Source: Lytechinus pictus | Taxonomy: Eukaryota | Assembly: GCF_037042905.1 (NCBI RefSeq) | Contig: NC_087260.1 | Location: 2,480,001 to 2,544,000 of the forward strand | Direction of reading: 5' to 3' | Length of the DNA stretch: 64,000 bases | Shown here: piece after piece, positions 1 to 10,934 of the stretch | Position numbering within the stretch: position 1 is the stretch's first letter | Layout of the letters: the number at the start of each line of letters is the position of its first letter | The notes under the pieces: generated by a model | What the model saw: the letters and a program-made list of their open reading frames with translations, nothing else | What the model was told of the DNA's origin: nothing | The model's database searches: none | Translations under genes and position numbers: made by a program

Positions 1-498
1 GTGCAACGAGAGGTTCGAATCCAACTCCAAGTTCCAACCAGAAGGAGAAAAAAAAGAAGAAAAAGAGAACGAAAGGGGCCGGGTTTTGGAGAAGTATTTT
101 TTAAAATTAGTGGAGGGGACATAAGGAAGTCTTTCCTGATTTTAATTTAGGACCTATGAAAAGTCGTCATTCTGAAAAGGTTCAGCCAAGTGATAAAGAC
201 TTAGTTATAAATATTTTTCCGATAGTCGATATCAAACGATGTCGCAGACTTGGTCTTGGAAGACAATTTGTGAAACGGAAAGTGCCGATTTGTCGCCAAT
301 CTTCCTATCTCGGAAGAATGGTCCTAGCCTAGGAAGTTCTTACGTATCGCTCATCTCGTCATGAAAAAGGCCCCAGAGCAGAGAGCGCGTTGCGTTGCTT
401 TGGACTTTGTTATTTTAAACTTTGAGTTTGAGACAACAAAAAAGCGAACGACTGGGACTGAAGACAAAGTCTGCTCATTAAAAAAAAAACCAACTCAC

Positions 499-586
499 CA
501 TAGCTGTAAATCGTTCCAAGCGTCAAATGGACCAAAACTCCACCCGTCACAGCAAGCCAGCCTCTCCACTTTCCGGAAGGGCTCAT
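499..586 (-). CDS. First coding exon of an MFS transporter (oxalate:formate antiporter / monocarboxylate-carrier-like); gene continues off the left edge
   Basis: ATG at 586 reads MSPSGKWRGWLAVTGGVLVHLTLGTIYSY+G and ends at a strong donor G|GTGAGT (498). GWLAVxGGVLVHLTLGTIYS resembles TM1 of OFA-like MFS carriers. Not in the ORF track because it is short. Confidence 0.75.
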
Positions 587-1019
587 AATTCTATATTGTT
601 GTCTAGGTCTACTAGTAGAATATATTCAATTAACACAAGACCGTTCCATACGGTAAATTTTTCTGCACTAGCTGGAGTGTATTTACATTTTTAGTCTGCT
701 GCAACGAACGTAGAGGGCAGCAACACTTTTGTCAGAGTATAACGCGACAGTGCTTCTGTATTTTTAGCCAATTGAAATAAAACAGATACAATAAACATTT
801 TGTAACAACTTCGCCACCCAAATTAACATTTTAACCCTAGCCTAGGTAAGCACAACCTTTAACCCTGCCTTTAACTTTTTGTGCCAGCTGGAACTGAGGA
901 CTTTAACTGAATATAAGCAAATCAAAGTTTATTTCAGACATCTCCGGCCGTTTATTATAATATTTCACTAAGTTTTTATAGTTTAAAGTGGGTTTGCATT
1001 TCATTTTTCGTTTTGGGGC

Positions 1020-2580
1020 AGAAATTTCTGCATCTTATTCATAAATCAATAACAAATTCATGACAATAATATGAATGAATACATTTTTTGTGTATGTGAT
1101 AATCGAAAAGATAAATATACTGTGTAAGACTAAAAACTAAATTATAAATAAATCATGTAAAATAGTAAGTTGGGTAAAATAGTAGGGGCCATAATAATAA
1201 GCATGCAGGAAACTGCTTGAAACAACAGAAGCTAGGAGGGAGGTGGACATGGGAATCGGAATGAAAAATATTTGTATATTGATAATGTCACGAACTTGAA
1301 ATAGAAAGTATTGAAATTTAGGATCTTGATGGGGAGAGATAAAATAAAGTAATTAGGGCAAAAAACAGTACGTGCAAGTGAGTGCAAGTGCAGGTTTTAC
1401 ATTTTTGTATACAGAAATGACAGACTGTTTAATATTATTTGGCAAGACATTCCAAATATCTGGACCATGGTGGCGTATTGTCTATGAGTGAGCAACATTC
1501 TGGGGTTGGTTAGGTGGATATCCGTTGAATGGCGCGTTGGATAAGTATAAATATCTTTGTTGTAGACGAAAAGATTGCGAAATTGAATAGGAATAGTATT
1601 ACTTGAAAATGTATACATAAATGTGGCTGTTTTGGTATGTGTCAATACATGAACCTCAATTTTCATTGTCTTTATTGTGAAATACTGGATCAGTGTGTGC
1701 AAAAAACGGAATGCATTCAGATGCGGAGTGCTTTTTTAAAGACGGAATATCGTTTCTAATACCCCCGTCATGCCCGTACTATATTGCAGTAAAAGTGGGA
1801 TAAGATGAACGAATTATAAAGCATAAACAATGATTTTTTTTAGATATTATATTTCAATATCTATAAGATCCATATCCCTCTGGATGATAACATACATTAC
1901 GAATGTGACTGTCCCAAGTTAAATTTGAATCAATCAAAAGATCTAGAAATTTGGTTTCTGGTTTTTCAGTGATGGGTATATCGTCAATAAAGATGTTGTA
2001 AAGAAAAGTGTGCTCAGTTTGAATGTGTTTAAAGTCACCATAAAATTCGTTTTGCTTTTATTTAGGGAGAGTTTGTTAGCTCTAAACCACGTCGATAATT
2101 TTTTCAATTCTAAATTAAGTGTTGGAACAAGTATATCTAAATCTTTATGCGAATAGAAGACATTTGTATCATCTGCAAATAAAACAAACGTTAATTCTCC
2201 AGATGCCTTCACAATGTCATAGTGAGGAACATAAAATAAATCCTTGTGGTACTCCACATTTCAACGTGCAAATATTATAAAGATGATTTAGATTTGAAAC
2301 AAACATAATGGCGTCGATTGCTAAAGTAATCTTTGAACCAAGCGAGAACCACCCCCCTAATTCATTAATTTACAAAGTAAAATGTGATGATCCATTGTAT
2401 CGAATGCTTTCGATAAATCCATAAAAACCCGACCAGTGTGTTCCCGTTTAGATAAAGAATCAGAAATGATGTCAAATAATTGTTAAATTGCAAGATCCGT
2501 TGAGTGATTATCTCTGAAACCATATATATTGATTAGAATCAATGAATTGTTACTGTTAAAAAAAAAAAGAATATAACCGC
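1020..2580 (-). mobile_element. Decayed L2/CR1-group LINE (RT region and 3' end); boundaries approximate
   Basis: Frameshifted RT motifs on the minus strand: FMDLSKAFD (~2400-2430), GVPQG (~2245-2258), LFADDTN (ORF 1943-2257) and a C-terminal YPTRHS segment (ORF 1397-1702). Resembles the intact copy at 24420-26358. Confidence 0.85.
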
Positions 2581-3579
2581 TTTTACCTTTTGATACTTGT
2601 TTCTTCAACGGCGCGCTATGCTGAAGTACTTAGGGCAAGAAAACAAGTTAAAAGTGAAGATAACTCTAAATAAATCTTCCTCTAGGTAAAGTCCATGTGT
2701 TCTTCATGATTAACGTCTATAAATATTTCCAAGTTCTGCGCAAAACATTTTTCATGAACTTTTAAAAGGTATAGTGGTGCTCACTCAAGCGGAAAGATTT
2801 TCAACAGTTATGTCGTCATTTGCTTAAAGAGATATGTGAATGTTTAATTTGGAAAAAGCTTCAGGATATTACAAATATGTAATTTTACAGGATTATTTCT
2901 AAGTGTAATTTTTTTATACCCACTGTATAAATGGTATAAGATAAGATAGAATAAGACAAAATAAGATATTTTTAAGATAACATAAGACAATTCTATCACA
3001 AAATGTTTTTCTCCCAGTTTAGGGTTTTCCTCAAACGAAAGCATTTGAACAACTAACTAAGTTTATTCCCCCCCCTAAATGATAGGCCTATATTTTAGGC
3101 GGATCGGGAGGGGGGGGGGGGGGGCTGGGGTATAGACCCATATTATATTGGAGCGGGTCAAGAAGAATGAAATAGGAAGACTTGGCAATTAATAAGAAAG
3201 AAAAATAATCGCAATAAACAAAATTTCGGTCAAGTTGCCTGGTCATTAGGATATAACATTTTAATTTTAAGTAAAGGAGAGGTTTGTAAGATTTTTTTTC
3301 TTTCGAAAAGATCATCTTGACTGTCAATTGACTGTAGGCCCTAAGGCCGCTTCCTTTTTTATTGGTATGAGTAATAACAATATTACTAAAGTAATTTTTG
3401 TTTTTGCTTCGTCCTCCCAAAAATGCAAAAAAAAAAAAAAAAAAAATCAAATTTCAGTAACCCCCCGTCATGTAGGCCTGAATTTAATCAACCCTTACAT
3501 AGCCATTTACCTATGCTCGTTAGAAATAACACGGTATGTAACAAATAATAAGCGCATGCATGCTTACAAAAGTAACTGT

Positions 3580-3976
3580 CTGTACCTAGGATTTTTCACA
3601 GGGGGGGGGGCAAAATCAGCCGCCAAAAAATTTGACAAGCAAAAAAAAAAAAAAAAAAAAAAAGGTCTTCAATAAAAAAAATGAAGGTTTTCGTACCAAA
3701 AAAAAAATTGACAAGCAAAAAAAAAAAAAAAAAAAAAAAAAAAGGTCTTCAAGCTCATCAGGGGGGGGGGGGGCAATAAAGGTCTTCAAGCTCGTCAGGG
3801 GGGGGGGGGGGCAAAAAAGGTATTTTAAGCTCGTCAGGGGGGGCAGGTATATGAGTTTTGTATGGGTTGTGGCTCGTCAGGGGGGGCAGGTATATGACTT
3901 TTGTATGGGTTGTGGCTCGTCAGGGGGGGGGGCAGAGTGCCCCCCCTGCCCCCCCCCCCCCGTAGGTACGCTAGTG
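3580..3976 (-). mobile_element. Non-autonomous hAT-like element (CACTAGCGTACCTACGGG terminus, internal CTGACGAGC repeats)
   Basis: Reverse-complement copy of the family at 30841-30998 and 59959-60316; the left terminus is degraded. Confidence 0.75.
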
Positions 3977-4224
3977 ACTTCAGAATAATTACTTTTTCTT
4001 TTATAAACTTTCATTCAAATTGTTTCTTTAATTAGAGCTAATGGGGAAGATCATGATGTATATCACAAAGCATAACTACCACTTCCTGATGATTAGACAA
4101 AATTGATATTGATTCTTATAACAACGTGTTATGCATTTGTTAAACCCAGTTTCCACTGTCACGATTGAAAAAACGGTGGTCTTAATCGTGGAGTAATAGT
4201 AGTGATCGTATCAGAAAGTATAAG

Positions 4225-4633
4225 CAAAGAGTTACAATTGATCCAATCAATCGTAATTCTATGGAAATCCATCAGTATCATAATTTTTTTACACATGAAA
4301 TTTGTAAAATGTCCCTTGTACACAAAGGAGAACACACCAAATTGTCAAGAAATCAATGAATTTATGGGTATACATTCATATTATGAATGTATACCCATAA
4401 ATTCATTGATTTCTTGACAATTTGGTGTGTTCTCCTTTGTATACAAGGGACATTTTACAAATTTCATATTATCTAAAAAAAAATTGAACAAACATGCATT
4501 TTATAATTATGTTGACTTTGCTGGCTTTCCATAGTTGCGATTGATTGGATCAATCCATAGAGATGTATACTAATTACGCGTTATTAGTATATATCTCTAT
4601 GGATCAATCGCAACTCTTTGTAAGATGGCCCCC
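4225..4633. repeat. Foldback/MITE-like element containing a 173-bp near-perfect palindrome (4295-4467) and a nested 46-bp mini-element (4556-4601)
   Basis: Outer arms CAAAGAGTTACAATTGATCCAATCAATCG and CGATTGATTGGATCAATC..GCAACTCTTTG are inverted. The inner palindrome is centred on 4381. A related fragment lies at ~19585-19640. Confidence 0.75.
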
Positions 4634-5325
4634 AGGTCTATCGAGGCAATCGCCCCCGGGGGGGGGGGGGGCATTTCCATTGACGAGTGGATACCGTGCG
4701 TGACCAAAGAGGATGTAATTTTTACACCAACACTACATGTTTAGTGTCCTGTGGGGGATGGTGCGGTCCTGGGAAACTTACTCATAAGTTGTTTGTTTGT
4801 TTTCTTCTCTAATGTAATTGTAACTCAAATGTGCATATACTCATACTGGGGGAAAACAGGATTGCTAGCTGCTAATGCTGGAGCTGTCGCTGTACTTGTT
4901 TCGGGGGTCAAAGTAAGTCAAGGTACCGAACAAGTATGTTTCAAATATTTGTTAAGGGTAGGGTTTCACACGCCAATACTTGTTAAGGTGTGTATTTTCA
5001 GAACATGGAATAAGATTGTTCTTTTCGAAACCCCATGTCCACGCGTGATATCCTTTCGTCATTTGAAAGTACCCCCCTCTCCCTCCGGGTATTGATCGTA
5101 GACAAATTTTGAATGATTAAAAAAAAACGCGACCAGTTACCATGGTTATGAAAGGCTAATCGTAGGGCTCGTTATAGTTCGCACGATAGTGAGAACGAGG
5201 TATTACAGACAAAAAATTAATATTTTAAAAAGTGCATTCAGTTGTCTGCCCACTGAGCCCAGAGTAAATTTTGCTCTCCCGTTACTTTTTGTTCATATAT
5301 ACCATGATACCGTATATTACACATT

Positions 5326-5960
5326 TTAAAGGGATGGTCCGGGCTGAAAGTATTTATAGCTTAATGAATAGAGTAGAATTCACTGAGAAAAATCCAGAAA
5401 ATTTCATCAAAATCGGATAACAAATAATAAAGTTATTGAATTTTAAAGTTTAGCAATATTTTGTGAAAACAGCCGTCATGAATATTCATTAGGTGGGCTG
5501 ATGATGTCACATCCCCACTTGTTCTTTTGTATTTTATTATATGAAATTAGGTTTATTCAAAAATTTTCCTCCAAGAACTAAAAAAATTTGATTGACAACT
5601 GATTTAGTGCATTAGATATTTATTCCTGCAACTTATTTCATTACAAGGGAGACATGTTATTCACACAAGTATGAAATAATGAAAAAATTATGATTTTATG
5701 TAATAACATAAGAAAACGGAAAGTGGGGATATGGGGCCCGCTGGGAGAACAGTTTTCGGAACTGAAGTGGCTACCCTGGGTAAATATACCTGTATTATTA
5801 TTATTATTATTATTATCACTGTATTCACAAAATATTGCTAAACCTTAAACTTCAATAACTTTATTATTTGTTATCCGATTTTGATGGAATTTTCGGCATT
5901 TTGCTCAGCGAATTCTAGTCTATGTATTACGGAATAAAAATTTTCAGCCCGGACCATCCC
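5326..5960. mobile_element. Kolobok-like non-autonomous DNA transposon interrupted by a short LINE/SINE 3' tail (5733-5815)
   Basis: TTAA-AGGGATGGTCCGGGCTGAAA ... TTTCAGCCCGGACCATCCC TIRs with long subterminal inverted arms. The insert GGGCCCGCTGG..GTGGCTACCCTGGGTAAATA+(ATT)n has a reverse-strand homologue at ~46375-46436. Confidence 0.75.
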
Positions 5961-7302
5961 AATATGCTAGCATATATTTGACAAACTGTTTGCTGCAGGC
6001 TTCTTGGATACCCTAAATTTCAGTCGAGAGACGAACAGACATGCTTTCACAAAATAAAACAGCTCACCTAGAAATATTGAAATTTTGTTTATTAAAATCG
6101 AATAACATGATTTTACGAAGTCCCGATATGCTTGTATATTTTCAAGGTATCAAACAACAATATATTATATTTGATTGTTTTCTTTCCTCATTATCAACAT
6201 TCAAATATTAATTTTTCCTGATCTTTTATTGGGGCAAACAATAATCCCCGAAAAGATGTTAGCATGTCAAAACATAATTGCCATTTACTACAGCTCCTCT
6301 TCTATAGATCAGTCACAACGAGTTCACTCAAACAATTTTAAATTGATATTTTCATTATTCAAGACTCGCATGTGACGAACTTCTAGTTTAAATAACATTA
6401 TAAAAACATCATTTTACCATGTCGAGCAATCCGATTTACGAGCATTAAGATTGTTATGAACAACAATATTGTATGATGTATAATGATGTATGGGGAAGGG
6501 GGCACTCACCGAAACTGTTGTCGAGCAAACAAAAGTCTTCAAAACTACATCAATAAACGCAAAAGTTTCGATTGATCAGATTTACCATGGACCATAATGA
6601 TTTACCATATATCAACGTATTAATAGATATTTTAACGAGTGTAACCCCTATAGAAATTTAGCATCAAGCAATACGAAGCCAAAATATTATTTTACGTCAG
6701 TGGCAAAGTGGCTCTCTCTCTTCTTACAAGTTGACAAATAAGGGTATAAAAGTTCCGGGTCCCAGACTTAAAAAAAAGATCTCGTCTTTTTTTACCTCCT
6801 TTTCTCAATAAAATCTTGGGGCGATCGCCCCTGCCCCCCTTTCCCTTGGAGCTGACCCTGATTCACCCTAAAATCGAGACTAAAACTTTGGTAAAGAGAT
6901 ACCCTTAATGCGATATTAAACTAATGAACACCGCCTATCTCTGCTTCAATTTCCTAAAATATGTCTTATGGGGCATTGCACTCCCAAATGCCCGTATGGT
7001 ATCGCGTCTCAATCATAACCCGATCAGCAAAAACAACCCCTTAATTTGATCTGTTAAGTGTCACCCCGGGTAATTTTTCCAGCCTCCATGCCCCCCTCAC
7101 AATTACCCTCACAATTAAAATAATCCTGGTGCCAACCCTGGAAAGTGTGTTGTCGACTTTAATTGCCGAGGCTCTTCCCATTCCTTGATTCCAGTTTACA
7201 TCCGTTATTATTGCACAATAGTATTTTGCTATGTCGGGTAAGCCTTCTTAAGGTAAGCTTTTTGTTTGACATATTCAGTATGTTTATCAGCTTGAAAATA
7301 TT

Positions 7303-10296
7303 TCAAATGAGTTGCCGAAGCTCTTCCCATTCCTTGATAAGTGTTTGTGCTGATGAAGAACAAGCCCCCATCCTGTTGCTATGAGCTGCTTCTCTATTGG
7401 GGGTCATTTCCTGACTGACATGATTTACATTATTTCCAGTCCTTTGTGGGCTCACTTGACTTCCAGAATTGATAGAGAGAGTTTCTTCCAAGGCTTCGGA
7501 CGGCGATGGTAGGCATTGCGCCATACCCTGCTGGTGGATGGAAATTATCCTAGGGGTAAGAAGGGTCGTAGAGGGCGTCATACTTCTATAGCTCGCAAGA
7601 GCTTTCCGATTACAATGCATGTCCAGTGGCACACGGAGTCTTCCCTCTGGATCACGATAGGCAAACATGGTTGGAGACCCTGGCAGAGAGCGTGGCTGTA
7701 CCTCCACTAAAGAATCGCCGTCAGCATACGAACTTCGCCGGTGAGTTCGAATGACTGCCAGATCTTTCATAATATCCTGTGGAATCTCCGAAGGATCCTC
7801 GTTCCTCGGACGCGGCGAAGCTCGAGGTGGATTCGGTGGATACTGGTCAATTCTTGATCTTTTGCGGTGTGTTCGTGTTGCCTTGATCTTCGGACAGTAC
7901 TTGTCAGGTGGAAACAATCTTCTAGGCTTCAAGCCATCGTTGTGGCCTGAAAATTCTAGTGATGACAGATAATCCAAAGATGTGACTGACGCGCCAGACC
8001 TAGATTCACCACCGTTAGAAATGTGTGTAGGACCCTTCGACGTCATCGCCCCTGCAACGCAGCCATCATGTCGGGTTCCTTCGAGGATGTAAGATATTGC
8101 CTTGCTACCAGGTAGATCTAAGGCAGCATCAGGGTTAGTGGAGTTCCTCAGGGACATCGTCACGGAGGCTGGGTCTTCCGCCGTCAAAGGAGACCCCAGA
8201 GCTGGATGAGTGTCCAAAGGTTTGCATTGGGACAGCTCGTTTGAATCAAGTCGATTTGTATGATGATGTTGTTTTGTTGGAGTTCTAAACAAAGTTGGCA
8301 TCTCCAGAGCATGCGTGGTATCCGCGGCCTCGACCTTTCCTGTTATCATTAGATATCAATAATCAATATAAATGATATTGATATGGATTGCCCTTTTGGA
8401 CTTCGATACTATTTGAACATTCGAATCTTTATTTTTGTGTAATAACAAATATCATCGTCTCTAGATTCTTTGTGAAAACTTGAATTGATCGTTCAATACT
8501 TTAAATGCCTTTCTCGACAATGATGATAATATACATTTTGTTCCTTAATAAAACTACGAATGAGAGATATCAATAAAGGGAGCTAGGTTATTGGCTTAGT
8601 CGGCATTCAAAGCGTTTGCCTGATGTGCAACCTAGCCTACTATCTTTGGTTGATCGACTAGAGGCTGATCCAGGATTTTCCAACAGAAGGGGGTGATTTT
8701 TTACATAAAAAAATAACAAGCCACTCCCCCGGCCCCCCCCCAAAAAAAAAGAGGCCTTCAATCCCAATTAATAGTGATTTATGTCAGGAGAATTATTTCA
8801 CACGCAAAAAAGTACTCACCTGCGTATGCACGACATATCCCCCTACCAATTTATTATGGCTCTCAACGGGGGGGGGGGGGGGGAGGTTGCCCAGTCTGGA
8901 TCCGCCAGTGATCGTGACCACACTGGGCCGATGTAGACTGAAGCATTATAAACTTAGCCTACCCATGCTTTGTTTCTATAGAGACAGATTGTGGTGGAAA
9001 ACACTCCTCGGATAGGACGTTGATAGCGGAGAGTAACCGCCTGTCAATCCAGGAAACCCCGGTAAAGTGGTTCAAAGGCATTCATCTTCAGGACTGCAGG
9101 ATGTTTCAGCAGAGAAGCAGGTAGAGGAATTTGATTTCAACCCCAATTCATAGTCCCTCCTTTAAAAAAAAATTGACTCTCGTGGAGTCTCATCCAACAA
9201 AGCTCACAAAAAAGGAAGGGGGATACTTACCATTTTTATTCCGTAGAAAAGGAAACGATTCCTTTGTCAGCTCCCAATCATACCCCTCATCGGCTGAAAT
9301 CTCTCCCTTTGAAAGCAATGAAATAAATATTTTCCATTTTAGACACTCTGAGACTGGGTATAATTATTAATGTCATTATTAGACCCTAGCCCTGCATTCT
9401 AAGTTGTAGGATGGGGATTGGATTGGGTGTCCGGAAACTTAATATTATTGAGGCTCTCTTTTGTCTTTGGACTTTGGATTAAACATATTGAACTGAAAAA
9501 ATAATTGAATAATCTAGATCCAATCGTAATCAGTAGGCATATTCGGCTATTATTTTGTTCTCTATGATAATATCACCAAGACTGTAGGTATACACTTTGC
9601 ATATAGTTCTACTCAAAATTATAGAAACTTTGATTATATGCCACTGTATGCCCTAGTATAATCCAGAGACATATCGAGTAAATTTCACCAAAGTCACATA
9701 GAGAGATCTTTTCTCGCTTTGTGACTTTGGTGAAAGTTACTCGAATAATTTCGGGCATTTCATGTGGCAGCCTCGAAAAGCAGCCTTTCTCATCAAAATC
9801 TCAGAATCGCGTGTAAAGTGAATGGGTGCGCAGACACCCCCCCCCCCTCCTTCACAACTTTCACCAAAGTCACATGCCGCAGGGGCCGAGGAACGTCTTT
9901 TTTTTTTTGGGGGGGGGGGTGCTGACCATGCAAAAAATCATAATCAGATGGTCATGTTTACATTGCTGTACACGGTCTTGTAAAAAAGTGAGGGGCAGAA
10001 ACCCCAGCAGCCCCCCCCCCCGTTTCCGCTGTCCCTGTACCGTATATAGGCCGAAGTTAATGAGCTAGGCGAATTATGCAACATTTAAGATTGATTCTTG
10101 AAGTCTCAATGTCTATAAAATATCAACTCTGTATGACCAACTGCTTAACCTTTTTATTGCAAAGCCCTTTACAATAAAAATACATTCGGGGTCTACTTAC
10201 AATCAGCTCTTCAAATTGGCGAATCAGCAGCTCTCTTTCTGATGAATCATCGAAGATAAGTGAATCCGTTTCCCACAACTCTGGAAAATGCATCAT
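7303..10296 (-). CDS. Putative 3-exon gene for an uncharacterised Ser/Pro/Arg-rich, probably disordered protein (~402 aa); exons 10296-10201, 9306-9231, 8339-7303
   Basis: A 348-codon ORF (7303-8349) is GC-richer than its flanks. Upstream exon MMHFPELWETDSLIFDDSSERELLIRQFEELI ends at GTAAGT (phase 0). Exon GEISADEGYDWELTKESFPFLRNKN+G has acceptor TTGCTTTCAAAG and donor GTAAGT (phase 1). It joins in frame at ACAG|GA AAG (8339). The large exon is better supported than the two upstream exons. No domain recognised. Confidence 0.6.
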
Positions 10297-10934
10297 CAGG
10301 CCAATGAAAACGTCGATTTGGGCTCTTTCCCGTTATCAAATTTCTATTCTTATTCTTTTTTTTTTCCAAAGTTGTGGGGGCAAGCTCTGTCTTATAAGTT
10401 AAAAGGATACTGGGACATAAATTTCACAAATGGATGCAATTAGATTGAGACGTTCTGGACAGGGTCAAGACGACGGAACAGAATTATGAAAACATCGACC
10501 ACGTGCTCATGTTTATAAACTTTCACGTTGCTATAGTTACGCGCTTGTATGAGGCGCGCCAAAACTGGCCTTTTACTAGTTGCGTAATTCAACAATGCAT
10601 TGTGATGTCAGCTTTACTTGTATAGAGTTTCGTCCAGTTTCGCCTGAAATGATCCGTGACGTGATAAATGCATATTAAATTATTACATCTGTCTAAACGT
10701 CTTTGAAGTACAAATTTTAGGGACATTGAGATCGCAAAAAAAAAGTTTCGATCACAGTAATCAATCTGAAAGAAAATGTTAAACTTTCTTGAACAGTCAG
10801 TCAGAGGCGCACGTTTGTTTTGTTACCAGTGGGGGGAAAAGCCCCGCCCACTTCATCGTCGGTCAGGTGACAGGCCTCCTGGCCTATGAGATCACATGAC
10901 AATACAACAACAACGACAATCATGACAATACAGA
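10297..10934. promoter_or_regulatory. Candidate bidirectional promoter between the orphan gene (-) and NHLRC3 (+)
   Basis: ~640 bp separate the divergent ATGs. Contains a GC box CCCCGCCC (10842-10849), E-box CACGTG (~10500), CLEAR-like GTCAGGTGAC (10862-10871) and M-box-like ATCACATGAC (10891-10900). Confidence 0.45.

Noticed and set aside
3088-3988. Lys/Gly/Pro-rich ORFs
   Set aside because: Derived from homopolymer runs in and around a hAT-like repeat.
7303-8349. Calling the orphan gene PROSER1 on synteny
   Set aside because: The conserved PROSER1 N-terminal domain is not visible; only composition and orientation are similar.
8960-9160. Additional exon of the orphan gene
   Set aside because: The candidate acceptor at ~9160 gives an immediate stop in the required phase.
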